Shown: positions 8,220 through 18,129, counted from the stretch's first letter. The stretch: DNA of 64,000 bases from Candidatus Collierbacteria bacterium (GCA_016183365.1 JACPES010000003.1:13726-77725), one strand, 5' to 3'. The notes: generated from the letters alone by a model not told the origin. Numbers and translations: made by a program.

Positions 8220-8617
8220 AACGAATCTTTTATTTATCTATTTGCCTATTTGTCTATTTGTCTATTCTGTCTGCCTCTGCCTATGCCGCCGGCATCACCA
8301 ATCCGGCTCTTGCGGACGATCTGGGGAGGGGGGATCCGGCGAATGTTTTTGGCCGGTTCGTGGGAAGCTGGTGGGGATTGGCGTATGTCATCGGCGGATT
8401 GCTGTTTTTGCTTTACCTGGTGTGGGGCGGAGTGGAATGGATCATGGGCGGTGGCAATAAAGACCGGATCGAAAGCGCCAAAAATAAAATTTCCAACGGT
8501 ATTTTAGGGCTGACCCTGCTGGCTGCGTCGTTCGCGTTGGTAAAGGCAATTGGATTTGTGTTGGGAATTGATTTATTGGAAACTTTGACTTTTGATTTAT
8601 CCAGACTGGCGCCGTAA
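8216..8617 (+). CDS. VirB2/TrbC-like pilin paralog 6
   Basis: Signal peptide MKRIFYLSICLFVYLSILSASAYA. Core is WWGLAYVIGGLLFLLYLVWGGVEWIMGGGNKDRIESAKNKISNGILGLTLLAASFALV. The signal peptide is partly encoded by a TCTATTTG repeat. Confidence 0.5.
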   Translation: MKRIFYLSICLFVYLSILSASAYAAGITNPALADDLGRGDPANVFGRFVGSWWGLAYVIGGLLFLLYLVWGGVEWIMGGGNKDRIESAKNKISNGILGLTLLAASFALVKAIGFVLGIDLLETLTFDLSRLAP

Positions 8618-8669
8618 TCAATGTTTTGGTAAACTAACTGGAATGTGTTTGAAAAGGAGGTGAGAAATT

Positions 8670-9026
8670 ATGTCATTATTATCAACAGTGTTTGCGGCAG
8701 GAAGCGGAGATATTAATATCGGCCCCAAAGCAACGGCGGCCGGAGTGGACAAAGTAGGCACTATCGGTGATTTAATTGGCGCGGCCATTGGCTCGGCATT
8801 CTTAATCGCCTTCCTGCTGGTATTCGTAATGCTGGTTTTTGGCGGCGTCCAATGGATTACTTCCGGCGGAGACAAAGAAAATACCCAAAAAGCCAAAGAC
8901 CGGATAACTTCCGCTTTGGTGGGAATAGCGATCATCGGCGGAGCTTGGGCTTTAATGAGAGTTGTAGAATTTTTCTTCAACATCGATATCTTGGGTGGAT
9001 TCAAATTGCCGTCGGCGGCGCAATAA
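8670..9026 (+). CDS. VirB2/TrbC-like pilin paralog 7
   Basis: Preceded by an AAGGAGGTGAG ribosome-binding site. Core is GAAIGSAFLIAFLLVFVMLVFGGVQWITSGGDKENTQKAKDRITSALVGIAIIGGAWALM. Confidence 0.5.
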   Translation: MSLLSTVFAAGSGDINIGPKATAAGVDKVGTIGDLIGAAIGSAFLIAFLLVFVMLVFGGVQWITSGGDKENTQKAKDRITSALVGIAIIGGAWALMRVVEFFFNIDILGGFKLPSAAQ

Positions 9027-9043
9027 ACGCGATCCGAATAAGA

Positions 9044-9178
9044 TGATGTCTTGAAGGTGGAAGATGGAAGTCCTTGATCTTGAAACCTTGACGAATCACC
9101 ATCGAGGATTCAAGGTAGCAATCACATCAAGTTCAAAAACCTCAAGAGCATCCATCTTCAAAACATCTATTTCGTGGA
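9044..9178 (+). repeat. About 140-nt palindromic intergenic element, copy A (between pilin genes 7 and 8)
   Basis: Starts GATGTCTTGAAG...CTTGATCTTGAA.CCTTGAC and ends ...ATCAAGTTCAA.AA...CAAGAGCATCCATCTTCAAAACATC. The two ends are inverted repeats of each other. Confidence 0.6.
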
Positions 9179-9211
9179 TTAGTATCGCTTTTCTCTGCTA
9201 TACTTTCAGAT

Positions 9212-9547
9212 ATGAGAGTGTGGGCAGTCGGATTAGTCACCAATGATGCTCCGAATTCTTTGGCCGATATTGAAACGGTAATTAAGAATTTATTGGGATC
9301 GGCTGCCAGCCTGATTGGGTTGGCTATTTTTGTGATGCTGGTGGTCGGAGCCTTTCAATACATTACTTCCGGAGCGGACCAAAAAGCTGTGGAAAAATCC
9401 CGACAAGTATTCACTTTTGCCTTGATGGGCGGAGCCGCGATCATAATTTTATGGCTGGTATTTGTTTTCCTGAAAGAATTCACCGGCATTGACTTACTGA
9501 AGTTTAATATTTGTATATTTCAAGATGAATTCTGCAAATTGCCGTGA
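9212..9547 (+). CDS. VirB2/TrbC-like pilin paralog 8
   Basis: ASLIGLAIFVMLVVGAFQYITSGADQKAVEKSRQVFTFALMGGAAIIILWLVFVF. Confidence 0.45.
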   Translation: MRVWAVGLVTNDAPNSLADIETVIKNLLGSAASLIGLAIFVMLVVGAFQYITSGADQKAVEKSRQVFTFALMGGAAIIILWLVFVFLKEFTGIDLLKFNICIFQDEFCKLP

Positions 9548-12408
9548 AAAAATTTACTATTTTGCCAATATTCATGCTTCTGCTCTTGAGTATAAGTTTA
9601 CAACCCACTCCGGCCGACGCTTTGGAAACCTGCGTTCCCCAGCAGATAAATCCCAACGAACCCCATGAATTCCGACCCAATCCCGGGCAAATCTGCACTC
9701 CCGAGATTCCGCAAGCAGCCCGCTTAACCTGCGGCACTGATCTGGTAGCCCAAAAAACCGTCAACGCGGCTCGGGGCGGGACTGGCTGCTCGCCGGCAAA
9801 TCCGACCGTCGGACAAACAGTTACCTGCACTAGGGATCTTAGTGTTGATGTGCCGATTTCCATCGGGCTGGCGGGATTGGAATTACCAATCGCCGGCGTG
9901 GCCAGCAACACCCAAGTCAGCGATACTTTAAACCCCGCCCAAAAAATGAGCCAGTACACCAGTTGGTATCTTCAAGGAGTCAAAGAGGATGGCACCAATG
10001 CCAAAGCCCTGGCCGACTACATGAACGGCATCATCAATAGCACCGGTGGCATCGGTAACCTGAAGCTCCTGTCGCCGGTTTTTAATATCCCCAGCTTCCA
10101 AACGCCCGGTCTGTTTGCCGCCATAGAAGCAGCCGGGGCAAAATTCAGTGAGCTGGATGCTTTCGCCGGCAACACCTACACCTTGGAAGGCCGCAAAGCT
10201 TATGACTGGTACGCCGATTTCCTGAAGGGAAAGGCGGATCAGTACGGCAAAAAAGTGATCTTCACCGAATTCGGTGATTTCGCCACCATCAACACCCAGC
10301 CAGACAACCGCCCGGATGTGGTCGCGACAATGAAGCAAGAGTTTGACCGGACGATGAGTGATGGCAATATTGAATCGGCGTTATATTTCAACGCGCTGGG
10401 AGATAATCCCGGCTTCGGTGGTTTTCGCCTGTCGCCGGATGAGCTGCGGGCGATTACTCAAGGCGCGCCTCGCCGAGCCGGGATTAACTCGGCCTCGCCG
10501 GTAAATGGCGGCGGCGGTTTTGCCACGCGCGTCGCCGACCTTGGTCTGGGTTGGACGCTGGAAATTGCCTACAACCCCAGCGATAAAGACGCTGTCGTCA
10601 GCGCGTTTAACACCGCAATTGCCCGCGGCCTGACACCGATCCTGCGAATCTGCGCCGGCGATGCCTGCGAATTCAGCGATCCGGCCGTCTATGCCCAATT
10701 CCTGCGCGACATTGCTCCCCGGATCAATGGCACCTTTTGGGCGATTGCCGGGCCGAACGAACCGGATATCGAAACTTGGGTAAGTGGAACTTCGAGCGTT
10801 CAGACCGACCAGTTCAGCTTCTTGGGTCCGATCAAAAAACTGGTTTCCGATACCGTCATCGACCAGAAAAAAACCGATCTGATCAATGCCGCAGTCGCCG
10901 GAACCGCGTATAACCAAATTATCGGCTACGTGTACCACAACGCCGTCATTCCTCGGCTGGAAGCAAAGAATTTGCTGCAGCAAAACCCCCGCCAGACTGA
11001 TATCCAGCGGATCCGCCTCACCGATATGGCCAATCATCTTAATCCGGCCTACATCGAAGGGGATCAAGAAGCCCTAAAGTGGTATATCCTCTGGCGCGAC
11101 ATGCCGTTTAGTCAAACCGTGGATCTGCCGGGTGAAATTTTCGCCACCACGTCGCTAGCCGATGCCAACGTCAAAAACGCCAGATTAACAATCACCTCGA
11201 CACTGGCGGACTTCCGGGTGGCCTTCCCCCATTTGGTGGAAGACGACCAAATGAGCCAATTGCTGCAAGCGGTGTTTCGGCCGCTGGGAGTGGCTGAAAC
11301 CAGCGGTTTTTCCGAACCGAATGCGGTGGATTATTCCACCGTCAATCGAGCCACACCGTTTAATACCAACTATTGCGATCTGCGGGAAACTTATAGCAAT
11401 CGCGGCGACAGCCTGGAAACCACCCGAACGATTACCGGCAACTTTAGCTTCACCAAAACCGTTACATATTCTTATACTCATGGAGAAAAAGACGCCAACG
11501 GCAAGCTCCTGACCACGATTGATGTAGATGTGTCGGGGCCGGTGTCGGTTTTCGCCCGCAATCCGCTGTCCATCGACAATATCTACGATCGATTAGTTGG
11601 CGGCCCATCAGCAATTTTTAAAGCCATTTTCCCCAACCCCGATCAAACCCTCGGTGGGATCAAGGACCTGCCGGCGGCAGCGCCGATCTCCATGAATTGC
11701 GGCTCCGGCTGCACGGTGAAACCCGGTAATCAAGAAGGGCGTAAAGCCGAGGTTTTCTTCGCCCACTGGGGCAGCGTGCTGACTTACTTCCACGACAAGC
11801 TCCAAAAAGCCCTTGACCCGCTGGGACGCACTAGCGCAGGTCCGAATCCGCCAGGCGGCGGAGGCTTATCTTGCACTATGCCGATTACTTCCTGCGGCCC
11901 GGTCAATTGGAACCTCGGTCTCTTTGACACTTATTTCAACGCTTACAATTCGGATAACAATAGCTCCTGGAGTCTGATCAAAGAACCATGGGCGCAGCAG
12001 CTGATCGGCCAAACCGCCGGCTGGAGCTGTCCGCAGTTTGTCAGTACCTTGTGGCTTGAGGAATCCGGTGGATCGGCAATCGGGCAGTATGATTTGGGTT
12101 GCATTTATCACCTCGATGGACACAGGGCACTAACCAGTGATCATCGCGGCGGGCCGGCTGATTTTCCCACCTACACCGCCTTTAAAAATCACTATGAACC
12201 CATCCTCAAAGATCAGCTCGCTTGTCTGCGCTCGTATATCGAACCGATCGGTGAAGATTTTCAAACCTTCATGTGTCAGTACAGCGGAGAGACCGATGCC
12301 GATCCGACTAAGCCATTCCGCCAATGCGATACCTTTACTAACAATCCCAATTTCCCCGTCAACATGTGTAAAATCGGCGGCGAAGTGGGAATTGCCACCC
12401 CAAACTAG
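9544..12408 (+). CDS. Large secreted protein (954 aa) with glycoside-hydrolase-like motifs and a Cys-rich C-terminal domain
   Basis: Signal peptide MKKFTILPIFMLLLLSISLQPTPADA. Motifs VIFTEFGDF and WAIAGPNEPD resemble TIM-barrel hydrolase catalytic motifs. Gly/Ala-rich codon use raises local GC. Confidence 0.45.
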   Translation: MKKFTILPIFMLLLLSISLQPTPADALETCVPQQINPNEPHEFRPNPGQICTPEIPQAARLTCGTDLVAQKTVNAARGGTGCSPANPTVGQTVTCTRDLSVDVPISIGLAGLELPIAGVASNTQVSDTLNPAQKMSQYTSWYLQGVKEDGTNAKALADYMNGIINSTGGIGNLKLLSPVFNIPSFQTPGLFAAIEAAGAKFSELDAFAGNTYTLEGRKAYDWYADFLKGKADQYGKKVIFTEFGDFATINTQPDNRPDVVATMKQEFDRTMSDGNIESALYFNALGDNPGFGGFRLSPDELRAITQGAPRRAGINSASPVNGGGGFATRVADLGLGWTLEIAYNPSDKDAVVSAFNTAIARGLTPILRICAGDACEFSDPAVYAQFLRDIAPRINGTFWAIAGPNEPDIETWVSGTSSVQTDQFSFLGPIKKLVSDTVIDQKKTDLINAAVAGTAYNQIIGYVYHNAVIPRLEAKNLLQQNPRQTDIQRIRLTDMANHLNPAYIEGDQEALKWYILWRDMPFSQTVDLPGEIFATTSLADANVKNARLTITSTLADFRVAFPHLVEDDQMSQLLQAVFRPLGVAETSGFSEPNAVDYSTVNRATPFNTNYCDLRETYSNRGDSLETTRTITGNFSFTKTVTYSYTHGEKDANGKLLTTIDVDVSGPVSVFARNPLSIDNIYDRLVGGPSAIFKAIFPNPDQTLGGIKDLPAAAPISMNCGSGCTVKPGNQEGRKAEVFFAHWGSVLTYFHDKLQKALDPLGRTSAGPNPPGGGGLSCTMPITSCGPVNWNLGLFDTYFNAYNSDNNSSWSLIKEPWAQQLIGQTAGWSCPQFVSTLWLEESGGSAIGQYDLGCIYHLDGHRALTSDHRGGPADFPTYTAFKNHYEPILKDQLACLRSYIEPIGEDFQTFMCQYSGETDADPTKPFRQCDTFTNNPNFPVNMCKIGGEVGIATPN

Positions 12409-12411
12409 TAA

Positions 12412-13992
12412 TTGATGGACAAATTTTGTGATATGCTATTTGTAATGAAGCGCGTCTGCCGCCGGCTGACAACTATCTTAACTATCTTAACGATTCTGGC
12501 CCTGCTGCGGCCAGTCTTCGCCCAGGACATCAAGGAAAATCCCTATTGGCGCCAGAGCACCACTTCCCAAGTCCAGGAGGTTGAGGTGGGGCCGGAAAAC
12601 GAAGTCACCGCTCCCCGCTACACCTATTTCCAAACCAATACTACTTTTAACGCCATCAGCGCCGGAATTCTCGATCCCACCGGCCAAAATCAATCGGCAG
12701 CTGTGCCGCTATTGGGCCGGTCCATTGCCTTGCTTACCGGCCGGCCGCCGGTCCAAACCCATGAATATCTGGCGTATATGGCAAGCAAGGCTGGGTTTAT
12801 TGACCAGGCTTACGCCCAGTCAAGAGGCGGGTTTGAGGTCTTACAGCCGATTCAAAAATTATGGATTGCCACCCGAAACATAGCCTACTTGATCACTTCC
12901 CTAACTTTAGTAGTAATTGGATTTATGATCATGCTGCGGAAAAAAATCGACGCCCAGACAATTGTCGGGGTCGAACAGGCTTTGCCGAATTTGGTCATCA
13001 CCCTGCTTTTAATTACCTTTAGCTACGCCATTGCCGGATTTGTGATTGATATGATTTATTTCGTGTCGTTTTTTGGAATTAAATTGCTAGCCCTGAATAA
13101 CATTTTTGCTCCAGGAGACTACGGCAGTGCCGCCATTGAAACCATCAGAACTAAATCCATCTTCTCTATCGGCATCCGGGATCTATTCCGGATTGGCGGC
13201 ACCAGCGCCGGCTCGGCCGAAACCGCCGCGGACGCCGTCGGCAATTTAATCGCGGAATTATTGGGCGAGGGCAAACTGTTCGCGGCTACGCAAATAATTT
13301 CCCAGCCGATCGCTTACGTCATTTTCGCCGTCGCGATTTTGTTCGCGGTTTTTAAGCTGTTCTTTAGCCTTTTGATGGCGTATATCCAAATAATTTTATT
13401 GGCCATATTGGGGCCGCTGCAACTGATGCTCAACGCCTTGCCGGGGAGTGACGCATTTTCTAAATGGTTTAGAAATCTTTTGGCTAACGCCATGGCTTTT
13501 CCGGCTGCCATTATGATGCTGGTCTTCGCCGCCGCTCTGATGGGCCAAACCGGCGAACATTTTAGGATTGCCGACGACATTGGTTTTACCGATAGCGTAA
13601 GCGGGGTTAAATGGATCCCGCCCTTGGTTTTCGGAAGCGGGGCCGGAGCCACCAATCCCGTCGACGCGGTCATCGCCCTGATCGGAATCGGGATCCTGCT
13701 GATGACACCCAAGGTCGTGGATATGGTCAAAGAAGCCATCCAAGCCCCCGAATTCAAGTACGGCTCCGCCATCGGCGAAGCGGTTGGGTTTGGGTGGTCA
13801 CCAATTAAACGTGGTTGGGGAGCGGGAACCGACATAGCAAGACAAGAAAGACAATTCAGAGAACAAGCCAGAATTTGGGGCAAAGAAGATTTATCACCAT
13901 ATCAACCGCCAACAGGACAACAACCTACTCGCTGGACAGATTTGAGGGGTCGCCTCGGTGCATTTGGACGCCGATTTACGGGTTTGCAATAA
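12412..13992 (+). CDS. Polytopic membrane protein, VirB6/TrbL-like
   Basis: Signal peptide followed by at least six TM helices (e.g. LITSLTLVVIGFMIML and LVITLLLITFSYAIAGFVIDMIYFVSFFGI). It sits directly downstream of the pilin array. Confidence 0.4.
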   Translation: MMDKFCDMLFVMKRVCRRLTTILTILTILALLRPVFAQDIKENPYWRQSTTSQVQEVEVGPENEVTAPRYTYFQTNTTFNAISAGILDPTGQNQSAAVPLLGRSIALLTGRPPVQTHEYLAYMASKAGFIDQAYAQSRGGFEVLQPIQKLWIATRNIAYLITSLTLVVIGFMIMLRKKIDAQTIVGVEQALPNLVITLLLITFSYAIAGFVIDMIYFVSFFGIKLLALNNIFAPGDYGSAAIETIRTKSIFSIGIRDLFRIGGTSAGSAETAADAVGNLIAELLGEGKLFAATQIISQPIAYVIFAVAILFAVFKLFFSLLMAYIQIILLAILGPLQLMLNALPGSDAFSKWFRNLLANAMAFPAAIMMLVFAAALMGQTGEHFRIADDIGFTDSVSGVKWIPPLVFGSGAGATNPVDAVIALIGIGILLMTPKVVDMVKEAIQAPEFKYGSAIGEAVGFGWSPIKRGWGAGTDIARQERQFREQARIWGKEDLSPYQPPTGQQPTRWTDLRGRLGAFGRRFTGLQ

Positions 13993-14047
13993 ATTAACTC
14001 ATCCCCCTCCACGACACCAGCAAACGATTTTTTATTCTCGTTTTGTA

Positions 14048-16420
14048 TTAAATAGCTCTCGTAACTTTATGATAGTTTAAACTATTCGGTCCAAAATACT
14101 GCGGCGGGGCCAAACACAAGGAATGATCCGCACCCGCTCCGATTAATCCTTTCTTGGCCAACTTTTCTAGGTTCATTTGCAATACACCTTTTTGGTCACC
14201 ATTGATCAATCCCTCGTTTTCCATAAACTCATACAATTGAGACAAATGGTATAAACCAAATGGAATACGCCCAGCAAGCCAATGCATCGAAAATCTGTTA
14301 TGCCCATTCTGAGTGATAGCCTCATGAGTTTTTACCATCTTATCGACACGATTTCTTTCATCCCCTAATAAATTGGGGTTCTGTTTCATCTCGCTCAATG
14401 ATCGTCCAGCTTCACGGTATAATTCCGCAGTCGTAGCTGTATAAAATAAAGGTCTGCCGCTAGGACCAACTAAAAACCTTTCGGATTCATCTTCAACCCA
14501 CCAACATCCAATTTCTTTTAATGCTTTCTCAAATTCTTGAAGTTCAGCAACTTGTATATTTGCGGAAGCATCTGTAAACCAATCTTTAACCAGACGGTCG
14601 TAAGTAATTCCATCGGGAGCTACCTTTAACCCATTGCTCTTTACGAACTGCTTATAATCAAACATCAGGAAACGGCTTTCTTGATCATCTAATTTCCCAA
14701 CACAGTGCATCCGAGTAAGCCCCTTAAGCCAAAAATAAGTAAATGGAAGCGCCTGCTGATCCTCTGTGAAAGCAAAAAATTTACCTTGGTTATAACTATC
14801 TGCCAGGACCTTGGTTGCGGCTTTGGAAATTTCGATCGCCCTAACTCCCATAAGAAGCACTTGTTCTGGATTACTTTTATAACTCCTTTCACCCTTTGTC
14901 AGTTGTCCACCCCTCGCTTCTATAACTTTATTAACCATCTGTATCACCTCAGCAGTATCCAATACCTTCCCCGCGTAACGAACCCAATTATCAAAATCCC
15001 TTGATCCGATTTTAGACCAGTCAAATATTGCGATTCCTTTCTGGGATGCAAATTTAATCATGTTACGGAATCCTTCCTCGCCATTGTTTTGGCCAACCGG
15101 TAAACCAGAAACATTTCCTAAAATCTTATCCAAGAGGAGGAGGTGATAGATATTCAATTGTTCCTCGAGGGGCAATGTCGCAAAGTTCGCCTTTACGTGC
15201 TGTAATTCATTTGAAATTTGCGCATGCATCTGTACGAAATTAACTCCATTAAAAAGCGTTGAATGACGTTCGGCTCTCGTCTCCCACAGCTCCACCGGCC
15301 TCATATGATCGACTGGAATAAACGCGTATTCCGACACCGTATCCTCCATCTCAGCAGTTGTCATTCGACCGCGTCGCGCCTGTATTGTTGCCGCTAACGC
15401 AATATCAGATTCTCCTTCGCGTGGGCGATAAAGAAAAATATCTTTCAGCGCTTCAATTCGTCTTCTTGCCAAATTTACCTCCGCTGACGGTGCTCCTGGC
15501 GACGCTTCAAATAGACCCCAAAAATAAGATAGGGCATCTTTAGCGTATTTCGACACACCTCCTGGATAAATTGGCGTCAGGTTCGCTTCGGGCGCAATCT
15601 GCGCATCAATCATTCCATACTCTATAAAATAGCGAGCTCCAGGCATTTTCCTGGCATGAAATTCTCGGTGGCTGCCTTTCACTGTTTGCGTGTATTCAAG
15701 GACATCGTTAGTAATATGCAAGAACGCTTCGGCTCCATAAGCAATTGGCGCTAGAAAATCTTCCAACTGTCCTGTCGACTCAATCGGATATCCATTATAT
15801 GTCTGGTACTCTCCCCAACGGACGTTCAAAGACTCACGAGGAATTTCTAATTGATCTTCAACTAACTCATCAATGAGGTGTTTATACTTCGAGGCATGAC
15901 GACCAGGCGTATCGGCTTCTCGAAGCTGACGCGCCATTTCCGGCCTATAAGCCACTCTCCCCATTACATCAGCTAGTGAGAAATCAAGCGGGCGGTTGGC
16001 AAATTCTCCTTCAAGTCGAACCTTCATATCTTTTACGCCGACATAAGGAATAGCCGCAATATTATCGGGAGGAATAGGACTAACCATACCACGAATTTGT
16101 TCAAAATTCGTATATCCTTCAACATCCGAAATCGCCGCGACGTGAGCAACCAATCCGAGAAGAGATCCTATCCCAAGGGTACCAACGTGTTCTCCCCAAT
16201 CAATAGAACCAATGTCATTCGACGTAACCTGCGACCGGAGGAGTTGAAAACTTTGAGGATGTTTAGCAAGTGCTTTCATTAAGTGCCCTCGCATAAACTG
16301 CCCTCGTTCCCGAGGCGAAAGCGTCCTTGCATAATCCATAATTTCAGGAAGTTGATAATATCGGCCAACTCCAAACAACATCTGTTGAAGTAGCCCCATC
16401 ATATCTTCAGGACCTGGCAT
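14048..16420 (-). CDS. Hypothetical cytoplasmic protein (790 aa), last gene of a 4-gene operon
   Basis: Long intact ORF with no signal peptide or TM segment and no domain I can recognise. It lies 4 nt from the upstream gene. Confidence 0.5.
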   Translation of the reverse strand: MPGPEDMMGLLQQMLFGVGRYYQLPEIMDYARTLSPRERGQFMRGHLMKALAKHPQSFQLLRSQVTSNDIGSIDWGEHVGTLGIGSLLGLVAHVAAISDVEGYTNFEQIRGMVSPIPPDNIAAIPYVGVKDMKVRLEGEFANRPLDFSLADVMGRVAYRPEMARQLREADTPGRHASKYKHLIDELVEDQLEIPRESLNVRWGEYQTYNGYPIESTGQLEDFLAPIAYGAEAFLHITNDVLEYTQTVKGSHREFHARKMPGARYFIEYGMIDAQIAPEANLTPIYPGGVSKYAKDALSYFWGLFEASPGAPSAEVNLARRRIEALKDIFLYRPREGESDIALAATIQARRGRMTTAEMEDTVSEYAFIPVDHMRPVELWETRAERHSTLFNGVNFVQMHAQISNELQHVKANFATLPLEEQLNIYHLLLLDKILGNVSGLPVGQNNGEEGFRNMIKFASQKGIAIFDWSKIGSRDFDNWVRYAGKVLDTAEVIQMVNKVIEARGGQLTKGERSYKSNPEQVLLMGVRAIEISKAATKVLADSYNQGKFFAFTEDQQALPFTYFWLKGLTRMHCVGKLDDQESRFLMFDYKQFVKSNGLKVAPDGITYDRLVKDWFTDASANIQVAELQEFEKALKEIGCWWVEDESERFLVGPSGRPLFYTATTAELYREAGRSLSEMKQNPNLLGDERNRVDKMVKTHEAITQNGHNRFSMHWLAGRIPFGLYHLSQLYEFMENEGLINGDQKGVLQMNLEKLAKKGLIGAGADHSLCLAPPQYFGPNSLNYHKVTRAI

Positions 16421-16424
16421 AGCG

Positions 16425-17474
16425 TTATCCTCCGTTCCTTCCCAACATAGACTTTAAAACACGCAAAAGTATGCCAATGTCAGCTCCGGGAGGAATCAAT
16501 CCGATGTCAGGCGAAAAACCCAAAGCGTCATCTCTTCTGAGTCTTTCGTATAGATTGATTAATGATCCGTTCTGTTTTTCTAAATCATTTGGAAATTGAC
16601 CAACTAGTGTCTGTCTCAACTCAACAAGGAAATTAGCAGCAATCTGTTCACCTGTATTCTGTCGATCTGAACTAAGTTTTAGTACATTCTCTATCGCAAA
16701 TTGATGTTGAACCTCTTCACCTAAACGTAGTAATATAACACGCAGCTCGCTCCTATTTCCATTCCATGCCGATAAATTCCCAGAAAGTCGTCTGGGGTTA
16801 GCGTCAATTTCTTTTATCATGCTCTGTAGAGTGAGAAGTGTTCTGTTTTTATCTATTCCAAGATTTCGTTGAAGGCCAGCTAGCCACTGTTGCTGTTCTG
16901 ACGGAAGCCCTATACGCCAATCAGCCGGTTGAATAGCCGCCTGCGGTTCGGGCGGCGACGTCGCCGGACGGCGGGCCTCGCGGATAATTTCCTCAATCGG
17001 CCGCCTGTCGCCCCCGGCTTGAGCCGCCCTAATCGCTTCGTAAATTTTCCGATATTCTTCAAAAGTACAAAGTGGCTTCCCGCCAACCGTTATCTGTTCT
17101 CCGTCACCCAAATCCTTCTGCCGCTGGCTCTCGATATATTGACCTATCTTATCAAGATTTACCTGCCCCGCCATCCCCGCAAAATATTTCTCCACCGGAT
17201 CGACCCCCCCCCCTCCCCCCATCTCCTCCGGATTTGATTCGTCCACCTTTCCCGCCGCCCGCAATTGTTCCAGCGGAGTCGTCGCCGGCCCAAACATTTG
17301 TTCGACATCGGCAGGCCCCAAATCCCTCACTTCGCCAACTCCCGCGTTCGCCTCGTGATTAGTTCCAAGCTGCGGAGCTGTACCTTCCGCCAGTCCGGCC
17401 GGAAACTGTCCTACCGGTAGCCCCTCCGGTCTTTGTCCTGGTGATAATTGTTCTGTGTTCATCTGATCAGGCAT
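16425..17474 (-). CDS. Hypothetical protein (349 aa)
   Basis: Intact ORF with a Gly/Pro-rich N-terminal region; tightly linked to its neighbours. Confidence 0.45.
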   Translation of the reverse strand: MPDQMNTEQLSPGQRPEGLPVGQFPAGLAEGTAPQLGTNHEANAGVGEVRDLGPADVEQMFGPATTPLEQLRAAGKVDESNPEEMGGGGGVDPVEKYFAGMAGQVNLDKIGQYIESQRQKDLGDGEQITVGGKPLCTFEEYRKIYEAIRAAQAGGDRRPIEEIIREARRPATSPPEPQAAIQPADWRIGLPSEQQQWLAGLQRNLGIDKNRTLLTLQSMIKEIDANPRRLSGNLSAWNGNRSELRVILLRLGEEVQHQFAIENVLKLSSDRQNTGEQIAANFLVELRQTLVGQFPNDLEKQNGSLINLYERLRRDDALGFSPDIGLIPPGADIGILLRVLKSMLGRNGG

Positions 17475-17519
17475 TGAGAAGATTATAGCAATGTGAAGAG
17501 ATAGCTACAAACAGAAAAA

Positions 17520-18095
17520 TTACATCCCGTGATCCCTCGGCTCATAAACGGGATTAAAACATCTATGTCTACCCTGCGCAATCTGTTCAGCCAAGCGATT
17601 TTCGATCTTCTCAAGCAATGCCGGATCTTTCACCAAGAACAAATCACTTTTACTATTAACAATCACCGATGCTGCTTCTACCCAAATCTTATTCGGATTA
17701 TCAATTTCTAATTCAACTCCAAGTTTAGTTGTTGTTTCTCCTTCTCCCCTGTCTTTTTCCACAAAAAACCCAACTGTTTCGGCATGATACATTCCACCCT
17801 CTTTATTTTTAAGATCGTAACAATCTACAATCCCCTTTCGTATATGCAATTCGACTGCCGGATCAACCTCCTTAAGAACGCCCAAAACATCTACTAAAAC
17901 TCTTTGGACGCCGGTGGCCTCAAGGGCTTTTTTCCCTTTCTCAAATCTAACCTTTTCCAAGGCCTCTTGTTGTCGTGTTTTTTCTTGATACTCAATGAGC
18001 AATTTGCGCTGCTCCTCCTCCTGCAGCCGTAACTCCGCCGCCTTTTCAGCTTCAGCCCGCTGAATAATTTGTTGGACTTTCTCTTTAATACTCAT
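17520..18095 (-). CDS. Hypothetical protein (191 aa) with an N-terminal coiled coil
   Basis: N-terminus is rich in E, K and Q (AEAEKAAELRLQEEEQRKLLIEYQEKTRQQEALEK). Confidence 0.45.
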   Translation of the reverse strand: MSIKEKVQQIIQRAEAEKAAELRLQEEEQRKLLIEYQEKTRQQEALEKVRFEKGKKALEATGVQRVLVDVLGVLKEVDPAVELHIRKGIVDCYDLKNKEGGMYHAETVGFFVEKDRGEGETTTKLGVELEIDNPNKIWVEAASVIVNSKSDLFLVKDPALLEKIENRLAEQIAQGRHRCFNPVYEPRDHGM

Positions 18096-18129
18096 ATATA
18101 AAATAAAATTTCGGATTGTAAATACCGTC

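Noticed and set aside
8194-8507. ORFs 8194..8460 and 8250..8507 (Cys/Arg-rich)
   Set aside because: These are alternative frames of pilin paralog 6 (8216..8617), which has a proper signal peptide and the conserved pilin core.
9064-9246. 60-aa ORF in the pilin 7/8 spacer
   Set aside because: It coincides with the about 140-nt palindromic repeat element, and its translation is Ser/Thr-rich junk, so it is more likely structured noncoding DNA.
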